From: Selaginella moellendorffii
Taxonomy: Eukaryota > Plantae > Lycopodiophyta
Assembly: GCF_000143415.4 (NCBI RefSeq)
Contig: NW_003314333.1
Coordinates: 880,944-944,943 of the forward strand
DNA length: 64,000 nt
Direction: 5' to 3'
Shown here: piece after piece, positions 10,911 to 22,920 of the stretch
Position numbering within the stretch: position 1 is the first letter of the stretch
How the letters are laid out: every line of letters begins with the position of its first letter
The notes under the pieces: generated by a model
Told to the model about the DNA's origin: nothing
What the model saw: the letters and a program-made list of their open reading frames with translations, nothing else
Databases searched by the model: none
Position numbers and translations under genes: made by a program

Positions 10911-13900
10911 GGGATGAGGTAGACCTGGTTGTGCGTGTGGGCGATCTCGAGCTTGAGTTGCAGTCGTTGCAGGTGGTGCTGAGTCAAGCTTTTGACCTCA
11001 TTCTTGGTATGGATTGGTTGCAGCGCAATCATGACAAGTGTGACTTTGAGGCTTCTCCCCCTGGTCTCATACTTCCTTATGTTTCATCTATTCCTCTCAC
11101 TTCTATACCTCTTCGTCCCTCTACTTCTACCTTTTCTTCCATTACTTTTGTTTCCCCACTATTTCCTCCTGTGTTTCCATCTTGTTCTGCTCTTCCCTTT
11201 TCTGATCCCTCCCACGATCTTTGTGTTGCAGCAGTTGACCGGCTCATGAAGGAGTATTCTGATCTCTTTGACTTTGACTTATCGTCTGGAGCCAAGATTG
11301 CCACACGTCATCCGATTCCAACTGGGGCTACTCGTCCAATCAGGTTCCTGTTCGTTGTCGGTCACCAAAGGAGATCAAGATTTTATGTGCAAATGTCAAG
11401 GAGATGTTGGAGAAGGGTGTAATTCGGAAGTCGCAGAGTCCTTGGGCATGTGAACCTCATCTTGTGACGAAGCCTAATGGGAGTATTTGTTTCTGCATCA
11501 ACTATCGTCCATTAAATGACGTAACGATCCCAGATGTGTACCCTCTTCCTCACACTGCTGATCTCTTGGATCGTCTGGGGCGAAGTCGTTGGTTCACCAA
11601 GCTAGATCTTGCTTCTGGGTATTGGCAAGTACCGATGGCCGAAGAAGATATTCCTAAGATTGCTTTTTGTACACCATTTTGTTTGTATGAGTTCTTGGTG
11701 ATGCCATTTGGTTTGAACAATGCTCCAACAACTTTTCAACAGATGATGGACAAGGTTCTTTGCGATATGCCGGAGGTGACTGCTGACTTCATTGATGATG
11801 TCTTGATCCACTCGGAGGGGACGTGGGAGGAGCACATTCATGATGTTTGTAAACTGTTGGATCGGCTACGCGACATTGGTTTAAAGCTGAAACGGTCGAA
11901 GTACATGTTTGGATCCAAGGACACAACTTATCTTGGGTACCGTATTTCTCGTGAGGGTTTGCAAGTTGATCATGACAAACTTGTGGCTGTTCTAAAGTTC
12001 CCTACTCCAAAGTGTGTGAATGATGTGCAGCGCTTCTTGAGCAAGGTGTAGTATCTCGGGTGTTTTGTGGATCATCTTTCTGATTGCACTACACCATTGC
12101 GAGCGTTGCTGAAGTCATCAGCGTCATCTTTCATTTGGTCTCTGGATTGTGAACGGGTGTTTGGGGATCTCAAAGAGTTCTCCGGTTTTGGCATATCCTC
12201 ACTACACTCGACCTTTTATTTTGCGCATGGATGCTTCTGACATTGGTCTTGGAGGTGTGTTAATGCAAGAGAGCTCAAGTGTGCCTGGTCAGCGCCATCC
12301 CATTGCATATATAAGCCATACATTACAACCAGCAGAGATGAACTACTCCACGACAGAGAAGGAGTGTTTAGCAGCAGTCTGGGGTTTCGAGAAACTTCAT
12401 GCATATCTACATGGCTCTCGTACGTTACTTGAAGGTGACCATGCTACTGTTACTTCGTTATTAAAGCGGAAGAACCTGGTTGGTCGTACTGCTCAGTGGG
12501 CTTTGAAGCTTCAGATATATGATTTTGATGTTGTTCACAGCCCAAGAAGTTCTATGGCTGATGCTAATGCCCTTTCTCGAGCTCCTCTTCCTTCTTCACT
12601 CTCTTCTCGTGTTTCTAACGAGCCTGTCGTTCTAGCATCTGTGGATTTTCTAGACGAGGATTCTATGCTGTCGGCAGTTGCTGTACTTGACATTCAATGT
12701 CCACAAGGTGCAGAGCAAGATTTACCTTCGCTTGATGAGGTTCGCGAGGCTCAAAAGATTGAGCCATGGATTTGAAGGCTTCGAGATGGGTTTAAGAATC
12801 CTGCATCACTTGCTGATGACTTGCCTTTTCGGCATTTATATTCTCAACATCGTCTTGAAGATGGCCTTCTTTATTTTGTGGGGATAGATCCTGATGATCA
12901 TTTACGGCTGGTGGTGCCTTCTATCTTTATTCCGCGGTTTCTCCATGCCTACCATGATTCTCCTGTTCTAGGTGGGCATATGGGACATCGTCATGTAATC
13001 GAGAAGCTACGTAGGTCTTTCTATTGGCCGGAGATGCGACGTGATATTATCTGATATGTGCGTAGCTGCATTTGGTGCCAAGCTCGTAATACTCCCCCTC
13101 GGGCTGCAGAAGGACGGTTGGAGTCAATTGCAATTTCCTGTCTGTTTGAGTTGGTGGCGTTTGATATTATGGGACCTTTTCCACGGTCGACTGCTGGCAA
13201 TGAGTATGTTATTATTGCTTCTGACTACTTGACTCGTTGGGTGGAAGTTGGTGCTTTTGCTAGCGCCTCTGCAACTGCTGTTAGATACTTCCTCCTCAAT
13301 CGAGTGGTGTTCCAGCATTCTTGTCCAGAGCGGATTCTTTTGGATAATGGTCCCACATTTATGGCTGAGGCATTTCATGTTTTGACGTCTCGGTTGGGGA
13401 TTCGCCACACTTTCACAAGTGCTTATCATCCACAATCAGACGATCTGGTGGAATGGCTCGTTCGGACAAGGGGATGATTGCGAAGTATGTGAACTTTCAG
13501 CATTCAGATTGGGATGGTTATTTGCCGTCTTTTCGGTATGCATATGTCACTGGGGTGCAGAGTTCTGTTGGTGCTTCACCACATAAACTCCTATATGGTC
13601 ATGATCCAATATTACCAATGGAGCTAGGTTTACCTTCGCGATTGCCACAAGCTGCGGATGCTAGGTTATGGGATCAATATTTGACAAGCATTCTTCCATT
13701 TGTCCAAGCGGAGTCTGCCGAACACTTAGGCCGCGTACAAGTGGGACAACAACGGCATTACAACTCCCATCATCGTCCATCTGCAGAGTACAAAGTGGAT
13801 GATTTGGTGTTAGTCCGTTTTCCCCATCTTACGGTACATGGTTTATCTAAGGGGTTCCTTGCACAGTGGAAAGGACCGTATCGAGTGTTGCGGCAAGTTG

Positions 13901-14112
13901 GACCACAAGTTTATGAGGTTCGGCATGACATCTAGCAGGCCGATCCTCTAGAGATTGTGCATGTGCAGCGGTTGAAACACTTCATACAAAGGGATCAGGA
14001 GTGGTTAATACCATCTACAAATCCGCCGATGCCTCCTCCTAATGTTCCTCCAGATCTCGGCCCATTTACAAGAGAAACGATGGTCTTCCATTATTCCGAG
14101 AGGAGGGGATGA

Positions 14113-14287
14113 TGTGAGGGCCAAGTGTATGGCTACGATGCCGTATACTAATATTAGCGTAGTGGGATTTTGGTAGCCGTCGGATTGGTTTCAATTTGGA
14201 CCACTCACTCCTGTATATAAGCTAGAGTTTTTGGGCTAATTGATATGCACATTTCTGTGTTCCCTTTCTATATTCCATGCACTCACA
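14113..14287 (+). repeat. 3' LTR of gypsy element
   Basis: TGTGAGGG...CTCACA preceded by the PPT. Confidence 0.96.
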
Positions 14288-14939
14288 AAACAAATTAAAC
14301 TATAATAATCATTATTTATTTTTAATTTTTATCCTTAAAAAATATGAATGGTGGTATGAAAAAGATAAAAATAATTAAAGACAAAATATATTATAGTTAT
14401 TTAATATTAATAAATAGTTTTCAATATTTTATTTAATTTTTGGACTGAAACAAGATGTGGTAAATTTTTTATTTTATATATATATTAAATTAAAAACCCT
14501 AAACCGGTTATAAGAGGCATTTAAAAGCTATAAGATTTACAAAAACTGATAAAAAGTTATATACAATTTCCCTTTATTTTACAGGAGAATATTCTTCCAG
14601 GGGTAAGAAACCGATGACGGTTTTTCTTTAACGTGACCGTCATTTTCCGTTGGACATCCGATGGCGACGATATCTCCACGTGACGTATTATTTCCCACTT
14701 AACCGCTGTTTCATTGCTCCTCTCTCTCCCAAGGCTGTGAAGCAGAAAGAATGGCGATGGCGATGGCGAGCAAAGGCGCCGTTGGCGGAGATTATGGAAG
14801 GCGCGTCGCCCAGTCTCTATCGTCACAGGTGGGATGTTCTAAGATCGTCGCGATTTCCACCCTGTCGAGGGCAGGATAGTAGAGGCCGCATGAAGGAATT
14901 CCAGAATATCCAGGATTTCGAGGAATCCATCTCCCAGCG

Positions 14940-16958
14940 ATGGCGGGGCATGAATCGCGGCGCGGGGGCAGCATCGGCTTGCGTCGGAGCTCGTCAGCGC
15001 ATCATCATCGTGCGGGCGATGCTGCTGGCCCGCATAAGCTGCTTAGAACGGTCAGCCAGAGGTTGAGAGGTCTCATCAGCGGCGAGATCGTTGCCAGTGT
15101 CAATCACGGTAGCGGCAGGCTGTTTTTCGGGCGAGACTTCGATGATGATCGCCCCGGGGCTGCCAGGATCATCCACCAAGAACAGGCAATAATTGATCAT
15201 CACACGGGCAAGTCGAGGCCAGGTTTCTTCCTCAACTTCTCGCTGGGACAGAGATTTCCAGGAAGAACGCTCCAAGAACAGGAAGAGGAAGAGGCCGAGC
15301 TCCCAGAGGAACCAACACCCAGATGCTTTAGCAGGATGAGGAGCAGCCGCCGCGAGAAGCTACTCGCTTCTTCATTAGATCCAAGCGGCAGCGCTAGAAA
15401 TCTGTGCCGGGGATGCTTTGGGTCAACGATCCCTCCGGAAGAGCTGCCGGATTCATCGATGTTTGGACAGGATGATGGCCAGCAGCAGCAGCATTCCATC
15501 GTGCTCCCGGACGACGTTCTCGAGATGTGCTTGGCGAGGCTTCCATTCGATTCCCTGGTCCGAGCTCGCGCGGTGTGCAAGAAGTGGAGTTCCTTGACGC
15601 GCTCCTCGCATTTCTTGCAGCTCCGGGACAGGATGGGCTCCCCCCGGCCATGGCTCTTCGTGCTTGGGCTGTCGAGAGATGGAGTGAGCCTGGGCCAGAT
15701 TCAAGCCTTGGATCCCACTCTCGATCGGTGGCGCTCCATCCGAGCCGACGCACTGGCGGGGCGTTTGCTCTACTCGGTGGCGTCCAGTGGATCCAAGGTC
15801 TTCATGGTCGGGGGCTGCTCGGCGCGGGCCAGCAGCGACAGGGAGAAAGGAGGTTTCCTCAAGACTCACAGGAGCGTTCTCGTGCTGGATGCTTTCACCG
15901 GGCAGTGGAGCAAGGCCGGGATTGGAATGAAGAGCGCGAGGACCACTCCCGTGGTGGGAGTTTTCGAGATGACGCAGGCAATCAAGCTCAACCTCTTCGC
16001 AGCTCCAGAGAAGAAGACCACTAGCACCACCACCGCCACCACCACCAATCACAGGAGGATTGCCAAGAAGCGATCGGCAGAGATTGGTGTCTTCCGGGGA
16101 TCATCGTCCACAGGACCAGGTGGTGGCTCGTCATTCATGGATCAGATCTCTGCGCGACGCTGGCAGCGAAGTTATAGCTTCCGGGAGCTGACGACGAGCT
16201 TGGGATCATCGTCGTCAGCCTCGAAACCATCTGGCAGTAGCGGCAGCGGCAGCGGCAGTGGCAGCAACAGCGCTTTTGGATTGATCGTCATTGGCGGGCA
16301 GGACGAGCGGAACCAGACGCTTTCCAGCGGCGAGGTGTACGACCCATCGTCCAGCTCGTGGAGGGAGATCGCGGCGTGGCCGTGTACGGAGCTTGGATCA
16401 CTGTGCACGGGGGTGGTGTCCAAAGGCGTGCTTTACTGCTACTCGGACAGTGACAAGCTCGCGGCGCTGGATCTTGAGCGAAACTCCTGGCACGAGATCG
16501 CCATCTCGGCCTCGGGCATTCCCTCGCGGATCCAGGACTATCTCCCCAAGCTGGTGGTGTGCAAGGGCCGGATCCTTCTCGTGGGCGTCGTCTGGGCATC
16601 GAGATCACAGCACCAGATCAATGGGTTCGAGCAGCAGCAGCAGCAGCAGCCCAAGGTCGCGAGGAAGATCTGGCGATTGGAGCAGGATCGATCATCCTCC
16701 TGGCGGTGGAGCGAGGTGTCGCAGCACCCGGACGCGCCGCTCGACTGGAACGCGGTGTTCATCGGCCATGGCGACAGGATCTTCGGTGTGGAGATGTTTA
16801 AGATCTTCGGGCAGGTGCTGGATTTCGTGACAGTGTGCCAGTTCGCGGGCTCGCGGCGCAAGCGCGCGAGCTGGGATCGCGCGTCCAAGCAGAGAATGGG
16901 GCAGGACGTGGATTCCTCCTCGTGCCTCACCAAAGCAGCAGTCATCGTCCAGCTATAA
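14940..16958 (+). CDS. F-box/kelch-repeat protein, CFK1/CFK2 (At5g42350)-like, intronless
   Basis: 672-aa ORF with F-box LPDDVLEMCLARLP...VCKKW, kelch repeats (VFMVGG, LIVIGG...GEVYDP) and N-terminal LRTVSQRLR. Confidence 0.9.
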   Translation: MAGHESRRGGSIGLRRSSSAHHHRAGDAAGPHKLLRTVSQRLRGLISGEIVASVNHGSGRLFFGRDFDDDRPGAARIIHQEQAIIDHHTGKSRPGFFLNFSLGQRFPGRTLQEQEEEEAELPEEPTPRCFSRMRSSRREKLLASSLDPSGSARNLCRGCFGSTIPPEELPDSSMFGQDDGQQQQHSIVLPDDVLEMCLARLPFDSLVRARAVCKKWSSLTRSSHFLQLRDRMGSPRPWLFVLGLSRDGVSLGQIQALDPTLDRWRSIRADALAGRLLYSVASSGSKVFMVGGCSARASSDREKGGFLKTHRSVLVLDAFTGQWSKAGIGMKSARTTPVVGVFEMTQAIKLNLFAAPEKKTTSTTTATTTNHRRIAKKRSAEIGVFRGSSSTGPGGGSSFMDQISARRWQRSYSFRELTTSLGSSSSASKPSGSSGSGSGSGSNSAFGLIVIGGQDERNQTLSSGEVYDPSSSSWREIAAWPCTELGSLCTGVVSKGVLYCYSDSDKLAALDLERNSWHEIAISASGIPSRIQDYLPKLVVCKGRILLVGVVWASRSQHQINGFEQQQQQQPKVARKIWRLEQDRSSSWRWSEVSQHPDAPLDWNAVFIGHGDRIFGVEMFKIFGQVLDFVTVCQFAGSRRKRASWDRASKQRMGQDVDSSSCLTKAAVIVQL

Positions 16959-17019
16959 ACCCTAAAAATGCAGAGCTCAAGAACCCTAAAACGCCATAAA
17001 CCCTAAAAACTTTCTGTAT

Positions 17020-18376
17020 TTACAATATTGTGCAGCGCGAGTTCTTCATCTTTTCCTCGAATTCCTTCTCCCTGCGCTTGAATTCCTTCTCGAATCGCTT
17101 GCGCTCCTCCTCGAGCTTGATGCGCTCCTGCTCGAATCGCGCGCGCTCCGACTCGGCGTGCCTGCGCTGCTCCTCGGCACGCTTGCACTGCTCCTCCATT
17201 TTGGCCTCGGCCGCTATCGCGCTGCGCTTGGATTCCTCCGCGAGCTCCCGCAATTTGGCCAGCTCCTCCTCTTGCTCGGCCTTGTCCTTCTCATAGCTCT
17301 CCCGCAGTTCATTGATCTGCCAGTGAAGCGAGAGTTCTCTTAGCGCGCGGTGAGAACGTTTGAAAATATAAAACCTTTTGGGGGAAATTTTGCTCCAGCT
17401 GAGAGAGTCGATTCTCCATGCTCTCTTTCTTCTCTCGTGCTTCTTCTTGAGCCTGGAATCAATCCATTGAAATTTGGGAGGATGCGAGATACGCGAACTC
17501 TTACCTTGGCCAGCTCGAAGATCTCGGTGGTGTAAGGTATGCGGCTGTTGGCAGTGATCATCGTGTCAACAATCTCGAGAAGATCTCTCCGCTGCGCCTC
17601 CAGCTTTCTCTTGTCCTTGGATTTGTTGTCAAACAAAATCTTTCGATCGCCACACCGGTGGAGAAGATCCTGGAAACAAAAGAAGAACACTTTGAAGAAC
17701 ATAGCTGCGAAGGTGAGTACCTTGAGAGCTCCAGGAGTGCCATTCTGCGATAAGAACTCCTCCAGTGACGTTCCATCGCCATCGTCTTCGAGCGCGTCAC
17801 CATTCGTAAAGACGACGACGACGTAGTTCAAGACCCCGGATCCAAACATCTTCTCAAACGCATCCACGGCAGCGAATTCCTCCTCCGTGAACTTCGATTT
17901 GGCCGAGAGCACGAGGAGGATTCCGTGAAGCCCATCGCCAGCCAAATCCATACACTTGCCAATCTCTCTCGCGATCGACTTGGAATCGAGGGCGGTGTCA
18001 AACATCCCTGGAAAGGAGAATCTCTAGCAAAAAAAACTGCAAGCAAATCGCAGGTACCTGGAGTGTCGATGACGCGAATGCGTCGTCCATCGGGCCGTGT
18101 GATCTGCCCAAGCTCGCACACGCGCGTCACGGAGCCAAGGGACATCCTGGAGTTGAATCTCTTGCCGCCGAGGATGGAATTCCCTGTGGCGCTCTTGCCA
18201 CTGCCGGTTTTGCCCACTAGCACAAGCGTGGTGCTGCTAGAATCGCGAGGAGAGATTACCTCGGTGCCGCTCTTGGCAGCCTTGTAATCGGAGAAAGCCA
18301 TGCGATCGCTGCGAATCGGGGCGTCGTAGTCGCTGCCGCCGTTGCTGGGAACGTCTTCCCAGTCGCTAAGATCCAT
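17020..18376 (-). CDS. AIG1/IAN (GIMAP-family) GTPase with C-terminal coiled coil and CaaX (CTIL)
   Basis: [24 protein letters not shown]|[16 protein letters not shown] across short introns; ends RCTIL*. Confidence 0.93.
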
Positions 18377-18496
18377 CGTCCTTCCCTGACCTAAAAGGAA
18401 AGATCCTTACAAACAAGCTAAATTTGCAAATGGTTATGAAAATCGAAAGGGAATTCTCTACGATAGAGTTGTCATTTTCGGAAGCTCTTGCTCGAC

Positions 18497-19603
18497 TCAC
18501 AAATCTAATAATCTCTTTGTGCATGTGTCAGGGAATTGGAAGTTATTGAGATCCAGGCATAACACATCAACAAGAAGAAAAAAAGATGAAAGCGGATTAG
18601 CAGCTGACATGTGAAGATCTCTGTCTTTACATTTTGAAGAAATTGGAAGTATTGCATAGAACGAAGTCAACAAGAACTTAAGAGCTCCACTTAAAGGCCT
18701 GGAAAACCATTTGTCTGGATGGTAGACTCTCTCTTTTTCTTCGAACAAAGCACCACCATTACTTTCTTCGATCTCAGGATGGGAAACGGTTGGTCGGATC
18801 TGCCACTTGACATTTTCCACAAGATCTTCGAGCTGAGCCTTCAAGCGGAACTTGCTGGCATTGTCTAGTTTGTAAGTCGTGGAGGAGCAACACTTCGAGG
18901 CGCTGCTTTCAACGACTTAACATCTTCTGGCCGCTTCCTGGGCTAGAAGCGAAGCTCTGCAGCAAGCACAAGCGACAGCTCTTGCACTGCGACTGCATCC
19001 ATCTCCGCACTGATATCTCGTCTCCAAGAGGTCCACACTCTCAAGCTCCACAGCGTCCACAAGGCCTTGCAAGCTTCCAAGCTGACAGACTCCGCCTGGA
19101 TTAACATGACAAGCTCGGCGCGAGAGTTGGACCTCGTCCCGTGAACTTCCGAGTCTTGGAGCACATCAACCTCGAATCACTCAAGATCAAGTGCTTGCCA
19201 GTCATGGCACCGGACAGTGATGAGATTACTCCCGAGGCTCGGGGTGTTGTCTTGAGCAAGCTCCACACGCTGGCAATGGAAAGCTCAAGACCATCAAGCT
19301 TGTCATGCAAGGCCGCCACAGCTGGAAGCTTGCGATACTTTGCTCTTTATGTCGGAGCAAGGTCGTGGTGGTGGCCCGGGGATAGCAAAACTCGAGCACA
19401 CGAAAGGTGGTGGTAGACTCGCTCAAGCGGGTGGTGCTGTGGCCGGACTTTGGTGAGACTTTCTCGGAGTCCGGGAAGTTGTACAGCCTCTTCTCGACAA
19501 TGTCGCTGTGGAGGAGCGTGTTGTCCAAGCTAGTCGAACGTTTTTTCTTTTCACCCAGACCCAAAACTTGGCGAATTATATCTCGATCGCGTTTCACATT
19601 CAA
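18497..19603 (-). pseudogene. Fragmented coding-like region of unknown function (contains a YHPDK motif)
   Basis: Chain of short overlapping minus-strand ORFs with coding-like composition. Frame changes are not explained by obvious introns. Confidence 0.3.
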
Positions 19604-19758
19604 GAGCCTTGGTCGTGATAGATCATATAACGTTGTCCGATCGTTTTAACCTGTCCTAGGGCGCGAGAAGAAAACGACCTTCAAGCGTGGGAACAGCGCA
19701 AAGAGAAGCGCGAGGAGAGTTCGATGATGGGTGAGCTTTTTTTCTCTCCTCCTCCTCC

Positions 19759-20883
19759 ATGGCCGCGATTTTTTCCGCTTGTGAGGCAGTACCGGAGAAT
19801 GTGGTTGCTCGATCGAGAGCCAGAGTCAAGATCGATGAGCGCGCGGCTCGAGCTGTCGAGCAGAAGCTGTTGCGATTCTCTTTGTTGACAGGGGACGAGG
19901 AAGATCAAGAGCTCACGCCGAGCGAGCTCATCATCGGTGATTGTCCCAACGCGGAAGCTTTCTCCCGGTGAGAAACTAGAAATAGGCAGTTGCTCCTATA
20001 ACGCAAATCTGCTTTTTCCGCTTTTCTTTCCAGGTGGGAATCAGGGCATAAGCGGTTTATCTGCGACTTCCTCGGCGGCAAAATCATCGCAAGGGAGCTC
20101 CCGAACAAACCCCATGGCCACGCTCAGCTGAAGGTGGGAGCTGCTTTTGATGCACAAGCAGCTGGATTGCTGTCCGTGGCTACGGCTGTCGGCTACAGGC
20201 CAGATGTCGGGGGAAGTCTCTACGTGCCTGATGTGGTTGTCAATGTTATTGGTGAGAGTAGTATCCTTCCACCGGGGGTGGCGGCAGTGCACGAGTATGG
20301 AGCCATCGTCATAGAGATCGCTACATCACAAAGGCCCAAGAATCTCCACGAGCGCGCAGCTATCTTCTTGGGACCCAATTACCCTCGATGTGCTATTTAC
20401 GTGGGTCTCAAGCGTTTCAATATGAGAGCCAATGGCACCATGGCCATGCTCGCTACAGTTTATGAACGACCGCCACCACCAGTAGCTGGAGCCGGAGGAG
20501 CAGCCGGAGGGGCGGCTGGAGGAGGTGGAGCACCGGGGCCGGCCGGGCCTGCTCCAGCCGTGCCTGTTCCAGGTGCGCCTGGCGGAGCAGGGCCGATGCC
20601 CATACGCTTAGTCTCCTTTGGCACAGGACCCTTGGGACCAAATGCGACTTGGAAAAATGACCCGAATCTCACAGGCATTGGAAGGAATGGAGTTCCGTTG
20701 ACCGGACCTGGAATTGCACAGTACGTCCTACGCTTTCCAGCACTTCAGGTGTTTTCGACTTTCGTCCCTCCTGGGGGAGGAGGAGCAATAGGAGCTCCCC
20801 CTCCTGGAGCTCCTGTTGATTATACGTTAGATCTCTTTTACGTTAAGGAGGCTTTTCTCAAGCCGAATGCACCAACGTATTAG
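19759..20883 (+). CDS. Uma2-like PD-(D/E)XK (restriction endonuclease fold) protein, one intron (~19968-20034)
   Basis: Spliced product ...SRWESGHKRFICDFLGGKIIARELPNKPHGHA...YVPDVVV...IVIEIATSQRPKNLHERA shows the G.I...P...H / PD / EIA.SQ pattern, plus a Gly/Pro/Ala-rich insert. Confidence 0.65.
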
Positions 20884-22590
20884 AAATTGAGTGTAGTAGT
20901 ATTGGAGAACTTTATAATCTTAGACTATAGTCTACTGCATTGATTTCTCTTTGTATCTTTGGCGTGGATGAAAAATTGTGAGCGTGTATGTCGATATGTC
21001 GAAGTGAAAGTTGGTGTTTTGCTTGTTCGTGTTCCTGTATGCATTTGTCTGTCAATGGTGGTGAGAAAACCAAGACAATGGTGTGGTGAAAAAAAAAAAA
21101 AACAAAGTAGAATAGAAAATGAGAAGAAACAAAAAGATCATGAGGAACTTTGCAATATCAATAAGAAGCATTAAAGTTGTTTAGCAAAATAGGTGTCAAT
21201 CTAAAATATAGCAGCAAGCTTGTTATAAAGATGGCATTTGAGCAGCCTAGTGGTTGTCTGTAATATTTTGCGTTACAGCATACGTTGATCAATATCTTTA
21301 TAATTTTCACACACATAGCTCCAAATTTAGAAAAACAAATTTGTAAATGGGACATAAAAAAACACAAATTGTACCCTAATCAATAATCACCATATTAAAA
21401 GTGTAGATTAACATTAAAATAGCATAATAAATATAACTATTTTTCTTAAGAAAAGCTATATAACAGTAGTGGATATATCTAGAATATGCTTGGATATTCT
21501 ACCATCCAATGGTTATTATTTATTTAGATTAATTTTGTAGTTATAATTTATAAACATATATTTAGTTTAGTATATTTTAGTTTATTTACCATTTAATGGT
21601 TCATATGCAATAAATATCTTGTGTTTATAAATTATGAACATGTTTATAATTATAAAATTCCAATTGATCAATTGAATTAATAAATATTACTAGATATGAA
21701 TAGCACTATTCCATATGTAATGTGCTTATATTCTACTTAACTTTCTTCAAACTAATTTAATAAAACACTCAAGTAGTAATTATTCATAAAAGTTCTGACA
21801 AAAAATCATATTTTTAATAATAATTTCTTCATCATACAACAAATTATAATTAAAAATAAAAATGTAATTTTCTGTCAGAAATAATTTGAGTATTTTTGTT
21901 AGATTACTTTTTATTTAAAGTACTTCACTTATATATTTAAATAAACAGATAATAGTAATACTATAATAGTTTTTAAAAATATTTTAACATAATTTTGTTT
22001 TTAGGGTTTTTACCATAAGCCGAGGTAGATCCTATTCACCGTAACAGTGGTGAAGGAGTTGTGATTGTACACAAAGAAAGTTGAGTCTTTGCTATATGTA
22101 CAACCCTTTTAAATTGAACCAATTTAAGTGTGTTTTCCTTTTATGAAACAGATTGAACACGATTGTTTCATGGATCTTGTGGCATTTCTTGGTCTATCAT
22201 AGGTTGAAGTAGATAGCCTGGGCGGAACATGCACACACAAACCCTATCCTTAGGATCTTATATCCACTCGGAACAAGTCAACAATACTTACGCAATCTAG
22301 ATGGTGGCGTTTTTCTATCATGAAAGACTATGGCCATCGCGAAGAGCTGATGCCTTTGCATGGCAAACAAAAAGAGGTGTATATCAAGGAAATCAGTGAA
22401 ATCATTTTGTGAAATCACAAGTTGATACATTTTAACAAAAAAGTCTAGATGCATAATGTGATGCATCACAATGTATCAACTAGAATATCCCTAGAATATA
22501 CCCACTATACAGCATTAGACTTCGCAAAAACTGTTAATCCCCTATACTAAGACTAATATACTATTGCTTCTTGGGTTTAGATTTGGGGGG

Positions 22591-22783
22591 TTGGGTTGTG
22601 CCAGGCTAAGGCGGTAGTGTAAGGCCGAAGCGACACGTGGAGGACCGGGTAGCAAGCTACCGGTGGCCCCCCTCCCACAAAAAATTAGGTTAATAGCGTT
22701 GGGGCACGTGGCCCCATATCAGCTATTAAACTGATAAGAACAGATACTACACTTGATCTTAGCCAAAAGGCCGAGAAAGGTAT
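22591..22783 (-). ncRNA. U2: U2 spliceosomal snRNA
   Basis: Reverse complement ATACCTTTCTCGGCCTTTTGGCTAAGATCAAGTGTAGTATCTGTTCTTATCAG, branch-point recognition GTAGTA, Sm site AATTTTTTG, ~193 nt. Confidence 0.98.
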
Positions 22784-22808
22784 AAGGTTCCCTTGCCCCA
22801 GCCCTCTC

Positions 22809-22855
22809 TTATATACTCAAGCCCGGGCACGATTCTACGCCTTCGCATGTGGGAT
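22809..22855 (-). promoter_or_regulatory. Plant snRNA promoter: USE (ATCCCACATGCG, 22844-22855) plus TATA box (~22809-22816)
   Basis: Matches the RTCCCACATCG USE consensus at about -70, with TATATAA at about -30 from the U2 start. Confidence 0.88.
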
Positions 22856-22920
22856 AGGGTGCACGCCTACGTGTCTCACCCTAAGTAGGGCACAGACATT
22901 TAGAAACCCTAAGCTTTATT

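Larger units (their letters stand above)
9463..14095 (+). pseudogene. pol: pol (aspartic protease, RT, RNase H, integrase), disrupted
   Basis: LVDTGS and DLILGMDWL protease motifs; RT LDLASGYWQ, MPFGLNNAP, FIDD; RNase H DASDIGLGGVL, NYSTTEKE, ADALSR; integrase HHCC, DDE core and GPY motif. Several stops and frameshifts. Confidence 0.95.
8157..14287 (+). mobile_element. Full-length decayed Ty3/gypsy LTR retrotransposon (non-chromovirus type)
   Basis: LTRs 8157-8331 and 14113-14287 (175 bp, TG...CA, ~15 mismatches). AAAC TSD (8153-8156 / 14288-14291), PBS TGGTGGAGGTG after the 5' LTR, PPT GAGAGGAGGGGATGA. Domain order gag-PR-RT-RH-IN. Confidence 0.97.

Noticed and set aside
16957-17008. AAACCCTAA-like motifs as an interstitial telomere
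   Set aside because: Isolated non-tandem telo-box-like motifs, common throughout the window near gene ends and promoters.
18700-18730. HPDK as evidence for a J-domain protein
   Set aside because: The flanking J-domain helices are not recognisable and the region is frameshifted.
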